A stretch of DNA of 64,000 bases. Source: Chiloscyllium plagiosum (taxonomy: Eukaryota). The translations under genes were made by a program, and so were the position numbers. The number at the start of each line of letters is the position of its first letter. Position 1 is the first letter of the stretch. Under the pieces are notes generated by a model that worked only from the letters and a program-made list of their open reading frames with translations, was not told where the DNA came from and made no database searches. Shown piece after piece: positions 11,701 to 23,923 of this stretch. The stretch covers positions 14,114,812 to 14,178,811 of the forward strand of contig NC_057751.1 of assembly GCF_004010195.1 (NCBI RefSeq), written 5' to 3'.

Positions 11701-12579
11701 TGTCTTCTGTCTTTTTTGTAATAATGCTTCAATATGTAATCAGCAGCATCATGCTGGGTGGAGGTAAGATTTAAGTTGGGCTAAAGATCCACAAAAAATG
11801 ATAAGGACTGTGTAGATTAGTCTTGGGATAGCACCAAAAATCCCTTTGAATATTAAAAGGGAAAAAAAAGCTTTCTTCCCACTCTCAAAGCTGGTGCCTT
11901 TACTTTGCTTTCTTTGTTTTGGAGTTGCTCCACTGTAACTCCACATGTGCTGTCGATGTCATTGCATGATGGATGGGGTGAGTTTGCTGTCAGTACATGT
12001 TAATTAAAAAAGTATCATTAGTATGACTCAGACCTGTAAAAACAGCAGTGATGAAGCTGGTTGACTGACAGACCTTTCTTTCCCTTCCTTCTTGGACAGG
12101 ATTCCATGTTTGCCAAAAAGTGATGGAACGTTATACACCGGTCATCCATTATTGATTGTAAGGTGTAAATGCTTGTGAATTGCTGATGAAACTTCTTACC
12201 TCGTCCGGCTAATCTGCTTGAAAGAGGTTTCTGCAGGATTCAAAATTAGCCTCTGTGGATTTGGTGTCAGGAAGTTCTGTTGACCAGTCTTTCCACTTAA
12301 TAAGTAATTGGAGCAGATAGATTTTGTTCTTGAGTAAAAGCAGCGATCTGTGAACGTTGGAAATCCGAAACACACACACACACACACACAGTGCTGGAAA
12401 AACTCAAGTTTGGCAACACCTCCAGAGTTAATATTTCAGGTCCACTGACCCTTTGTCAGACTCAAAGATACTCGATAGACTATTTATCATGATGTGGGTT
12501 AGGGGAGGCAGGGTAAGTGGTGGTGAAAATTGACAACATTGAGATGGTATTTCCAAGAGAGAGAAAATGGAAACAAAAA

Positions 12580-12772
12580 ATGAAATTGCAAGATAAACAA
12601 CAACAGGTCTGACAACATCTGTGTAGAGAAAGCAGAGTCAACTTTTTAGGTCTTGTGACCCTTCAGAACTGGACACAAAATATTAACTCTGTTTTCTGTC
12701 CATCGATTCTGCTAGACCTGCTAAATTTCTCCAGAAATTTCTGTTTTGGTCAGACTTCCAGCGTCTGCAGTT
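12580..12772. mobile_element. Degenerate inverted pair of PLE pLTR fragments
   Basis: CAGGTCTGACAACATCTGTGTAGAGAAAGCAGAGTCAAC is an imperfect reverse complement of TTAACTCTGTTTTCTGTCCATCGATTCTGCTAGACCTG. Confidence 0.55.
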
Positions 12773-12799
12773 GTTTTTTTTTGTTCAGACATAAAATGA

Positions 12800-13134
12800 A
12801 CTTTGTTTCTTCCTCCCTTGACTCAATTTTCTCTCCCTTTGTCGAGTCACTTCCCCCTGAGAGCGTCCCAAGAATGGCGGATTTATGTCAATGTTGCAAT
12901 TCTGAGTTTCGACTCCAGCCGTCCTCTCTCATCACTGACATGCCGACCCACTTCATGCCCATTCCCTATCAGAGTGGTCCGAGGGCTCTTCACTTCTTCC
13001 TGAGGAGAAGGCCTGAACCATCCCCATCCACCTTTCACGCTCTTCTGCCTGGCTAAGTGTACCTTTACTTTGAACAAATTCTCCTTTCACTCCTCTCACC
13101 TTTTGTCAGATCAACGGTTTGTCTTCCCAGATAG

Positions 13135-13184
<50 letters not shown>

Positions 13185-13580
13185 TGTATCAATGACATAG
13201 TAAATGGTGCTTGTTTCTCCCATGTGGAATTGAAAAAAGTTTATCATTGTTACTTTCCACCCTGGTGTCATGTTCACCTGGTCCATTTCTGGTTCCTCTC
13301 CAAGTCCTTGACATCCCTGTTTTCATTTTCTGGAGATAAGTTATCCACCAATATGTATAATGCACCCATTGACTCTCATATTTAGCTTGGCTGTAAGTAC
13401 TCACGGACTGGCCATTTTGTTTGCTCCCCCACACCCTTGTTGCTCTTTTTCCTTTCCCCCTCTCTCCCTTACCCCAGCTATTTTGTTTTGTAATGAAAGT
13501 TCACTGGAATCAAAACATGAACTCTGCTTCTTGCCTGAACCAGACTGGCAGAGTTTCTCCAGCACCTGGTGTTTTTGTTG
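12800..13580 (+). mobile_element. PLE reverse transcriptase fragment (decayed) with a pLTR remnant
   Basis: Peptides SSSLDSIFSPFVESLP, IPYQSGPRALHFFLRRRPEPSPST, CINDIVNGA (YIDD-like) and SGDKLSTNMYNAPIDSH match PLE RT motifs. A (CT)n tract interrupts it near 13135-13180. Confidence 0.8.
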
Positions 13581-14404
13581 AACATTTGAAATGTGTTAAT
13601 TGTACAGATTTACAAGCTCCTCAGACTTTGGATTGTAATTTTGGTGGGTTTCAGTGGAACATTGAGAACCGAACTAAAGTTTCTCTGAGGTTGTGACAAA
13701 TAGAGTACACAAACAGAGAAGGATAATGAGTAAATGTGGTAAAGACATGGATAGGTGAATACAGGTTGCCACGGAGTGGCAGGATGTGACGAAGTTCCCT
13801 ATCTCTGTGAACAAGTGGCGATGAGATGCTTTCCTCATCTAAAACCATGGCATTTAGAAGACAGTTGTGCACCAAATTGAGATACCCATTCTGGCATTGA
13901 CAGAGACTCGACCCAGATTTGAGTTATTTTGAGTGTGGTTGTACTTGTGTGGAAGGAATCCAAAGAGGACTTGGTGGTGAACAGCCATAGTACACTTCAC
14001 AATTTGAGGACATTTCTAAGGGCTAACAAAGTAGATCTGAAATTCTCCTGCACTGAATGAAATGGGGCATTCAGTTTGTGCACAAAAAACCCCATAAAGA
14101 GCCATGTGACATTGATCAGATTGCTGGTATCACTGCTGCACTTCAGATAGTTTTGTTTGTTTGGAAGGTGTGAAAAGCAGGATATGAATGCAATTTTGTA
14201 TTGCTTGAGCATATATCGATGAGGACAATTAGAAAGAGAGACTCTCTTCTCAGTGAAATGGTGCATGAGATTTCTTGCATGCACCTGAAAAGGTATTCGA
14301 GACCTTGATTCATTGTGCCCTTCCCAAGGTAACATTTCCAGTAGTGCAGCACTCCTTCATTAGTAATTTAGTGAATTTCAAACTACTGAGGAATTTGAAA
14401 GAGA

Positions 14405-15275
14405 GTTAATAAATGTGTGGATGATACTAAGGTCGATAGAGTTGTGGACAGTGCGGAAGGATATTGTAGGTTACAGAGGGACATAGATAAGGTGCAGACC
14501 TGGGCTGACAGGTGGCAAACGGCGTTTAATGCGGAAAAGTGTGAGGTGAACAAGTTTGGAAGGAGCAACGGGAATAAAGAGTACTGGGCTAATGGTAAGA
14601 TTCTTGGTTGTGCAGATGAGCAGAGAGAAATCTGTGTCCATGTACATAAATCCCTGAAAGTTGCCACCCAGGTAGACAGAGTTGTTAAGAAGGCTTAAGA
14701 TGTGCTAACTTTTATTGTGAGAGGGGTTGAATTTCTGAACCATGAGGTCATGCTGCACCTGTACAAAACTCTGGTGCAGCCACACTTGGAGTATCGCTGA
14801 CAGCTCTGGTCACCACATTACAGGAAGGATGTGGAAGCTTTGGAAAGGGTTCAGAGGAGATTTACGAGAATGTTGCCTGGTATCGTGGAAAGAAATATGA
14901 GGGACCTGAGGCTGTTTTCGTTAGAGAGAAGAAGGTTGAGAGGTTTCTTAATTGAGACATAGAAGATAATCAGAGGGTTAGAACCTTTTTCCTCAGATGG
15001 TGATGGCTAGCACGAGGGGGCATAGTTTTAAATTGAGGTGTGATAGATATAGGACAGATGTCAGAGGTAGCTCCTTTACTCAGAGAGTAGCAGGAGTGTG
15101 GAACGCACTGCCTGCAACAGTAGTAGACTCGCCAATTTTAAGGGCATTTAAATTGGATAGGCATATGGATGAAAATGGAATAGTGTAGGTTAGATGGGCT
15201 TCAGATTGGTTTCACAGGTCGGTGCAACATCGAGGGCCGAAGGGCCTGTACTATGCTGTGATGTTCTATGTTCTA
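14405..15275 (+). mobile_element. CR1 LINE 3' portion
   Basis: Peptides DDTKVDRVVDSAEGYCRLQRDIDK and FTQRVAGVWNALP, and a 3' tail ending in repeated GTTCTA. Confidence 0.93.
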
Positions 15276-15821
15276 AGTTGTTTGGGGAAAATGGAAGATA
15301 TTTTTGAGACTGCTCTCCACGACATCCAGTTTGAGCAGCTTGCTTAGATTGTCCTTTCTCTGATTCATATATATTTATGGAAAAGAAATGATTGAGACTT
15401 GCAAGACTTGGTTGCTTGAAGTCCTGTGCTTATTTTAATTGTGAATGGGCCCAGAACTTGTGACTGACATTGGGAGTGTTCTGACCGATGCCAGTCAAGG
15501 GGAAAACTACACATTTAGTTGCCGGATGCCCTGTCTTCTGACAGCTCTCTGGAACCTTCATTGCCGTAAGCTTGGTAGGCCTTGAGGCAGTGAGGGAAAG
15601 TGAGGCCACTCCCCTGTGTTGATGATGGAGCGAGGAAAATCTTAAAGACAGGAGCAGCCAGCATAGGGATTTCAACTGCAGAGTAAGTTATTTGAAATTT
15701 ACGTGGCATTTTTCAGTTGGTTTGTAACCCTTCGTGGTTTCTTTTCGGTGTGTACTTGGCTAATAGTAAATGAAGTAATTTTTTTTCTTAGAAACATTTT
15801 CCATGTCGACATTAGAATAAG

Positions 15822-16138
15822 GTTCAAAATCACACAATGTTAGGTTATAGTCCAACAGTTTTATTTGAAAGCGCTAGCTTTCGGAGCATTGCCTCTTCAT
15901 CAGGTGGTGAAGAGGCAGCACGTCAAAAGCTAGTGCTTCCAAATAAACCTGTTGGACTATAGCCTGGTGTTGTGTGATTTATAACTGTGTCCTACAGTCT
16001 TATACTCCACAACCAACTGATGACGGAGCAGCGCTCTGAAAGCTAATGCTTCCAAATAAACCTGTTGGACTATAGCCTGGTGTTGTGTGATTTTTAACTT
16101 TGTACACCCCAGTCCAACACTGTCACCTCCAAATCATA
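15822..16138 (+). mobile_element. Short PLE insertion with inverted and tandem pLTR copies and hammerhead-like cores
   Basis: 15822-15904 is the reverse complement of 15905-15985. A third, direct copy at 16014-16100 is followed by a unique tail. It is flanked by an imperfect 13-bp direct repeat (15809-15821 and 16139-16151). Confidence 0.8.
16014..16048 (+). ncRNA. Minimal type I hammerhead ribozyme-like motif (probably decayed)
   Basis: CTGATGA-C-GGAGC-AGC-GCTCT-GAAAGCTA provides the CUGANGA and GAAA boxes, a 5-bp stem II and a palindromic AGCT stem III. Stem I is mismatched. Confidence 0.55.
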
Positions 16139-16279
16139 ACGTTAAAATAAGTACTTGTTATAGGTTTAATTTGGTTTTCTGATCTAACCATCAATGTTGT
16201 TTAATGTTTCCTGGTGAATGAGTGGGCAAGGGGATGGAGGTTGAGGTAAATGGAAAGCAAATACGGTGATGGGTGAATC

Positions 16280-17500
16280 AGTTTAATTTATGAAAGAAAA
16301 ATCATGTTTGAGAAATCTACTGGATGTAACTTGTGGAGTTAATAAGGGAGAGCCAGTGGGTGTAGTTTACTTGGACTTTCAGAAGGCTTTTGATCAGGTC
16401 CCATACCACAGATTTGCATGTCAGTGTAAAGCATGTAGGACTGGGGGCAATGTATTGACATGGACAGAAATCTCCTTGGCACCAAGTAGGAATAAGTGCA
16501 TCTTTTCCCAAGTGGCTGACTGTTGGCGTACTGATTCCTGCTCTTGATAATAATATATATAGATCAGGAGCTAAATGTAGTATTTCCAAGTTTGCAAATG
16601 GCACAAAGTTGGATGAGAGGTGAATTGTGAGAGGACAGAGATCCTTCCCTCTGGAATTTCCTCTCTGCTCCTCTCTCAATAAGGTTTGGACAAGTTGAGT
16701 GAGTGGGCGAATACAGGGTTGATGAAGTATAATGTGGATAAATGTGAGGTTGTCCACTTTGAAAGGAAAAACCAGCAAATTGCTATCTGAATGGGAAGGG
16801 ATTGGGAAAGAGAGAGATGCAGCAAGACCTTGGTGTCTGTACATCAGTTGCTATGAATAAGCACGCGGATGCAGCAGGTGGTGAAGAAGATAAATGTGTC
16901 GTTTACCTTCAGAGGATTCAAGTAGAAGAATAGCAGTGTACAATTGCAGCAGGACAGGGAGACCACGCACTTGAGTTTTGGTTGTCTTAACTGAGAAAGG
17001 ATGATCTTGCTGTGGAGAGGCTGCATTGAAGGTTTGCTGATTTGTGTGGTGGTAGAACTGACATATGAAGAGAAACTGAATTCAGAGAGACTGCATTCAT
17101 TAAAATTGAGAAGAGCGATGGCGGGGAAAGGGGTGTGTGGTTATGGATCTCAAACAAACCCATAAATTTAAACAAGGCTGCACAGACTATATGCAGCAAA
17201 GATGTCTGGGAGTCCCGACCCAGAGCTCTCAGTCTTCCAAGGAGAGGCGATTTCGGACCGGGATGAAGAGAGATTTCTTCAGTCAGAGATTGATGAACCT
17301 GTCGAAATGTCTGCAACAGACAGTGTTCGAGGGCAAAACATTGTTTTCAAGAAGGAGTTAAACTTAGTTTTTCAGGCAAAAGAATCAAAGGGTATGGGGG
17401 AAAAAGTGAGAACATGGTACAGAGGTGGCTCATCAGCTCTGATTCTATTGAATGATGGAGCAGGCTTGAAGGGCTGAATGGCCTATTCATCCTATTTTCC
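16280..17500 (+). mobile_element. Old CR1 LINE fragment
   Basis: Peptides GEPVGVVYLDFQKAFDQVPY and FRTGMKRDFFSQRLMNL, and a CR1 3' UTR ending GAAGGGCTGAATGGCCTATTCATCCT. Confidence 0.85.
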
Positions 17501-18975
17501 CTGTTTCTGTGTTGGCGTATTGGTAGAGTAGCAGGTGGGGTCTGGAGCATCTGCAGTTTGGACCAGGTGCATGAGGTTAGGTTGTGAATTGGGTAATGTT
17601 TGATTGAACAGTTGGATCCACGAGGTGGGAGGTCTGTGCTGAAGTTGTATCAGGAAGAGCTGAGGTGGTTGGTCAAGTTGTCTGGGGTTGGGGTGTGGAG
17701 CAAGTGACATTGAAGGACAGTCATTGAGTGTGGGGCTGTCAAGTGCATCAGGATGTCCGTGTGATCTCAGCATGCAGTTCTGAGTTATACTGCGGGACTG
17801 ACAATCTTGGCATTGGACATTTTGGCCTGCTCTAACACCGAAGTTGTTCATACAAGATGTTAAGTTTGTTTTGGTACATTGGAAGAATTTCCTTTGCTGG
17901 TGTTTGTTCCACATCACTGCAATTCTTTCTCTTTTAAGTCTTTATCCGGTTGGCTTTTGAAGGAGAATATTGAGTCTGCATCTGTCATCGGAGCAGGCTG
18001 CTCACTGTGAATCTAAAACTTTTGTTCTGCTATATCGTTGGTTCTTGTCACCTCTTAGTACTTGTCCGAATCTCTCAAAGCTGTGTCCTCTGCCAATCGG
18101 CAATTCAGCTACTGGAATACTTTCCCTTTATTTTCTCCATCTGAACTCCACATGATTTTAAACACCTCTATCAGATCTCCTCTTGGCCTTCTCTGCTCTA
18201 CCCACCTTCTCGAATTGTTTCACTTATTCCACAATCTCTTCTCCAAAGAATTTGAGCAGTTTCTCTTTTATCGTCTTCAAAGCCTTCACTTACTTCCTAA
18301 AGTGTGATGCCCAGAATTAAACACTAATTATTTTGAGGGTACGACTGTCAAATTTGTGTTTTAGTTCAGTCGTCTTTGAGGAGGTAACAGAGGAGACAAA
18401 GGCAATGCAGTGCAGTGTGATTTGTCTGAATGCTCACACGGTTGTTAATGAAGGTGTCCGCATTACACTAATGAATAAGGAGTTCGGTCAGTTTCAGAAT
18501 GGATTGTTTGTTATCTTCAAGATGAGAAACAGAGACTGGGAATAAGGGGTAGTCACTCAGAGTGGGCGAAAGTGGAAATGGTGTTCGACTAGAATGAGTG
18601 CTCAGACCACTGTTGGCTTTGCAGGACCGATTTGCACCCTGGAATGGGAAAGAATTTGGAAATTTGTGGAGGTAATCAATACTGAGGAGGACTGCAAAAA
18701 AAAAAGACAGAAGGATACTAATGAATTTGTAGAATAGAAAAACTTGTGGCAAATGACTTTCGGTCCAGATAAATGTGAGGTTGGCCATTTTGGTAAGAAC
18801 AACGGGAGGGTTTCTCTTGTTTGGAAGATGCAGCTCTCGGTTGGAAGGTAGTGTTGTCTTAAACTTGCCCATTCAAGTGAAAAATGATTTAGGATTTGCA
18901 CAAATACCAAGAAAATGTGCAAATGTATGCCACTAATTGGAACAAAGAACTGTTTACCTTTGTTTAGACATGCTG

Positions 18976-20743
18976 TGTGATCACACCTGATGGTAATATT
19001 GGGCATGTCAGTGCTCTGAGTGAAACTTGGTTTAACAGGTCATCAGGTTTTTGTTAAAAATTTGGTAAATCACTGAACATGGTTGTGAAAGCTCCCAATG
19101 TACTCTTAACAAAAGAACATAAAAGTTTATTGCATTACATGATATAAGAATTTGAAATGGTCTTTGGACAAATATCAAAAAGAAAGATTAAACCTTTATA
19201 ACCCTCAGCAACCTTACTGGCAGTGAAAATACAAGCCTGTCTCCAAGCCAAAGCTCCTTGTCTGGCTGGCTTAGCTGTAATTGGTTTCATTTCAGCAAAT
19301 CTATGCATTTACTGTACTATTGTCTTGAGTTAATCAACACAGAATGGTCTGAATGAAGATGGCAATGGACAAGCAGGGCTGTGTGGAGGCTTTTGAGTTT
19401 GGGGCCCATCCACTTGCATCTGCTTGCTTTCTTTTGTTTTTACTTTGCTCTTTTTATCGTTGATTTTTCATTTGTTTAGAGCTTTTTTTGTGAAGGGTTA
19501 ACTGGTGACAATGGCATGGCAGCAAGAGCGTACCATGCATGGAATGGCAGCAGCCTTCTGGCAGTTTGAGGTGGTAGCAGTGAACGCGACTTCGCCTGGG
19601 GACTGAAGGCAATGGCAGCAAGGATGTGCTCCCGGCGTTCGGGGCCGGCATCAGTGACAAAGCTCTTCCAGTGATCACAGTTGGCAGTGGCAGTGGACTT
19701 GGCAAGATGGCAGTGCTGGCAAGGTGACATCTCAGAGGAGGGCGGCAGGAGCAAGACTCTTGTCAAGGCTGTGGCCTGGCCTGGCAGTGGTGCCAGGGAC
19801 TCCTGGTTGCAGTAGGACCAGAGCGGGGACTTTTGGCCTTGACGAAGTGGCAGCAGTGTGGTTTGCCCAGAGCAGAGATTCCTGACCCCATCAAGGCGGC
19901 TGTGGAACCAGGGGCTCCTGGTTGTGGTTGTGGCACACCTGGAGCGGGGGCTCCTGGTTATTGGCAAGTGGTAGCAGAGTCAGGAACTCCTGGTTGTGGG
20001 GCGAGTCTGGGTTCACCAGTGAAGAGATGGCAACTGCCACTGATGGTCCAGTGTGGGTAATGGTGGTATAGGTGTTGTTGGTGAGCTGACTCAGGACTCG
20101 TGGCTAAGGTGGCAGAAAAAAGAATCTCTTTCAGTGATATCTGTTAATTCTTATTATTGTTAAACTATTTAAAATGGCACTGGTTTGTGGTGACATTTGA
20201 AGCTTTTTGCTGAATATTACCGTAAGGTGGCAATAAATCATTCGATCCAATTCAATTAAAGCCATTTCCTAAGAAGCAGCTAATGGAGCTCACTTGCACC
20301 TTAACATTTATTTCTTCAACTTGTGTCCTCAAGATCCTTATAGGAGGTCTTTTCTCTTTGACAGCTCTGCAGTCTTCTCCTATTGGTGTTTAATCCAAAG
20401 CAATTTGGGAATTCTCCCTCAGCTGCGAGCGCTAGTCACAACACCTCAGCGGCAATGTGCCTTGTCTCTTTGACAGAATCACTTCACTGTTGGCCTGAAA
20501 GTGCATCTGTGCCCCTTCTCTGGCTTGTAAAGCTCAAGTTTAAGTCAGCAGTTCGCTCGCCAGGGAGGGGCTTGCTAATCATTTGGCTACAGTCACCTGA
20601 TTTATTGGAAGTACTGTCTTTAGCCCACCAGTCAAAAATGGTTTTCTGACCCTTTTTCAAAACAAAAACCCATCAGAGCTGTCAGGTAAAATCCATTTTT
20701 CCACACCTTCGGACTCAAGTTTCTAAACAATAATGAGATCACA
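18976..20743 (-). mobile_element. Candidate solo LTR interrupted by a ~900-bp insertion
   Basis: Termini TGTGATC...GATCACA form a 7-bp inverted repeat with TG/CA ends. A minus-strand AATAAA lies near 19126-19131. The left end resembles, in reverse complement, the 3' end of the element at 23107-23923. No clear TSD. Confidence 0.55.
19346..20257 (+). mobile_element. Non-coding, probably non-autonomous LINE-type element
   Basis: It has AAGATGGC at the 5' end, a G-rich degenerate internal repeat (GGGGCTCCTGGTTG) and a 3' GGCAATAAATCATTCGATCCAATTCAATT tail. Confidence 0.5.
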
Positions 20744-20851
20744 CGAATGACTGTTAGCACGCAAAGTGATAAAAGAATATTCTGTCTTGCTGTTCATAGA
20801 CCCACTGACCAACCAAATCTGACTGTACCCAGCTGAAGCACATTCAAATGT

Positions 20852-20968
20852 AGGGGCTCTCTTGTGGTCCAGTGGTAGTGTCCCCACCCTCTGGACTGGC
20901 TGGTGTGGGTTCAGATCCCACATGCTCCAGAGATGTCATAACATCACTGAACAGATTAACTAGAAAAA
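20852..20968 (+). mobile_element. Short tRNA-derived SINE
   Basis: A-box-like TGGTCCAGTGGTAG and B-box-like GGTTCAGATCCC. Confidence 0.55.
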
Positions 20969-21144
20969 CTAGGTTATGAAAGAAAGTTCAAATTTATGAA
21001 TTAGCTCATCAGTTTACAAAATTCTGCAGCATTGTGATGGTCTGGGTGCTTTCAGAAACTCGGTCTGATCAAAAGAAAGCTTACATTCATACAATATATT
21101 TCGCCATCACGGAATATCTCAAGGTGCTTTACAGTAAATCATTT

Positions 21145-22105
21145 TGTCATTTATATCAATTATTTGGATCTGACTAGAGGAAGTATGGTTCGGAAGTTTG
21201 CACATGACACCAATATAGGTGGTGCAGTGGACACGAAGATGATTATCTCAGAATAGAATGGGACCTTGATCAGATGGGCCAATGGGATGCAGAGTGGCAG
21301 ATGGAGTTCATTTTGTACAAGTGCGAGGTGTGACATTTTGTGAAGACAAACCTGGGCAGGATCTATACACTTAATGCTATGGCCCTGGGGAATGTTGCTG
21401 AACAGAGATCTAGAGGTCCAGGCATGTCGTTCTTTGAAAGCAGAGTTGTAGGTAGACGGGGCGGTGATGAAGGCGTTTAGCACACTTGCTTTCATTGGTC
21501 CTAACGTCGAGTCAAGGAGTTGGGATGTCATGTTGTGGCTGTATAGGACATTGGTGAGGCCACTTTCAGAATGCTGCTTAGAATTCTGGTCGCCCCTCTA
21601 TAAGAAGGATGTTGTTAAAGTTGCCGTAGTGTAGAAAAGACTTTGAAGAATGTTGCCAGGATTGGAGGGTTTGAGCTCGAGGGAGAGACAGAATAGTCTG
21701 GGGATTTTATCCCTGGAGTGCCACTGGCTGAGGGGTGACCATACAGAGGTTTGTAAAATTACAAGAGGTATGGATAGAGTGAATAGCCAAGGTCTTTACC
21801 CTGGTTTGGGGTTGGGGGATGGGGAGAGGGGTGGAGTCCAAAACTAGAGGGCATAGGTTTAGGGTGAGAGGGGAAAGATAAAAAAGGACCGAAGGGGTAG
21901 CTTTTCACGCAGAAGGTGGTGCGTGTCTGGAAAGAGCCGCCAGAGGAAGTGGTGGAGGTGGGTGCAATTATAGCATTTGGAAGGCATCTGGATGGGTATA
22001 TGAATAGGAAGGGTTTAGAAGAATATGGGTCAAGTACTGGCAAATGGTTTTTGGTCAGATTGGGATGTCTGGTTGGCGCACATGGATTGGACCCAAGACC
22101 CTCTA
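21145..22105 (+). mobile_element. HER1/CR1 LINE 3' portion
   Basis: Peptides MLPGLEGLSSRERQNSLGILSLE and VVEVGAIIAFGRHLDGYMNRKGLEEYG. Confidence 0.93.
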
Positions 22106-23106
22106 AATGAAGCCATCCCACTTGTATTGATCGTATCATGATCTTCAAAGCAGCCTGTTCAACAAAACACATGCTCAATGAAAATCATTTGCTGAAACAA
22201 AAACTTGCATTTCCGGTGGGTATGTTCTCAACCTGTATTTTGTACATTGAAAACCTACTTTACCAGTCTGCCTTGACCTCATCAGCTCCAAGTTCCACTT
22301 GATAACACTGATTCGGTTGCTTCCTGCTCGCTGCTTTCTGTCTGAGACTTGCTGACCTTCCTGTTTGTAGCTTCCCTCCTACTTGCTACTTTGTAAGTGA
22401 GCCCTTCGACTCGGTGCCTCGCTTGAGCACAGCTGTTTACTGTTGCACTTCTCCTGGAATATCGAAAGTCAAATTACATCAAATAAATAATTATCTGAAA
22501 TTGTGCTCAGGAAGCTGTTTGTCTCTCAGAAACTACTGTGATTTGCAATGCATTATCCAACTTCTTCAGTTCACAGATGGTGGCTCCTTTTCGTCAGCAT
22601 CTCCAGACTGGGTTCTCTTTCTTGCTGCCATTGGGCAAATGACCAAGTCTGTGGCACTTAATAGATGCGTCTCCAAATGAGAGGGCACTTGGTGAAGTTG
22701 AGGATCAAAGGGATGTGTGATTATGAGGATAATAGTCACTAAACATTGCCTCAGAGTTTAGCAGGGCCATTTAAAAAGGAATAAATCGTGCACGTGGCTT
22801 GATTTCTGAAGTGGTAAAGGTGAATGTTTGGAACATTATTCTAAATCCAAGTTGAGCCTGTGTTAGACCATTCAGTTTTGTCTCCATCTGATAACTATAA
22901 CAATGATATAGAGTGTGTAGAAAGAAAACTTACAAGGATGATTATCAGCAAAATGAGAGGTTATGTATCTGGAAAGATTCACAGGCTGGTTTTCTCTTGC
23001 AAAAAGAAGATGGTAACAGAATCTCAAAGAATTGTTTAAAATTATGGGAGGTTTATATGGGGAGAACATTTGTGTGGAAGAACCGAACTAAAGGCCACCT
23101 CAGGTA

Positions 23107-23923
23107 TGTGATTTTATCTATTTTTTAATGTCTTGAAGTGTTTGAGTTTTGAACTCATAACATGCAGGTTTTGACCTGTGCGACAGGGAGTTTAATGATT
23201 TACCAGTCTGTATTTCTGGAACCATGGTATTTTAAACCAATCTGAGAGAGAGAGAGAGAGTTCCTGAAATGCTAAGAGGAATTTGTTTTCATTTGAGAAA
23301 GTTGTATGAGTGAATCCAGGAAACATTGAAGAGAATTGGCTTGCTTTCAGAATAATCATGATTTTAGTTTTGCTTGAGGAAGCATCCATCGCTTGGGTAG
23401 CTTTTAGTTTCAAATCACAGAACGCCGAGAAAGAACTCAGTTTTCATGGAACAAAGTGAGTTTGGAAAGGTTTGAATCACATGACCTTGTTGTCTGTGTT
23501 TAGTTTGCAAGTTCCAGACAAGAAGTGTTTGGTTCGAACCCTGAAACATCATTTAAAGCTGAGAAGATTAAAGCTCTGTTGTATTGGCCCCCAAGGAAGA
23601 AGCTGAGAGAGACTCAAGGCTTGGAAACTAACCTGTAGATGTGACAGCAGAAAACTGAAATTTTTTTCCTACTGTAAAAATTGGGGCAGATGAAATATTT
23701 TTTTGCTGTGTTTGGAAATCTCTAAAATTGAATTGTGTGCAAGTGGCTTGGTTTATTCTATTCTATTCTATCCTTTCTTTTGCTCAATAAACTTATATTG
23801 GTAAAACTAAATCTGTGGCATGTGTGAAAGGCCACCTTGTTAATTAAAAAAAAAAGATGCATTGAGCCTGGTTTCAGTCAAGGATCTGACTGCCCAGAAA
23901 TAACATTAGTTGAGACCATAACA
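23107..23923 (+). mobile_element. Candidate solo LTR inserted into an old CR1 3' fragment (about 22870-24180)
   Basis: TGTGAT...CATAACA termini and AATAAA at 23786-23791. CR1-like sequence resumes on both sides. No clear TSD. Confidence 0.55.

Noticed and set aside
12075..12200. Strong plus-strand acceptor (ctttcccttccttcttggacag) and a nearby minus-strand donor
   Set aside because: All three plus frames stop within about 80 nt, there is no matching strong donor, and no peptide is recognisable. A UTR exon cannot be excluded.
17500..17920. G/T-rich segment, possibly a Tx1-type LINE remnant, with a 141-aa minus ORF
   Set aside because: The similarity is too weak to support, and the ORF has no recognisable motif.
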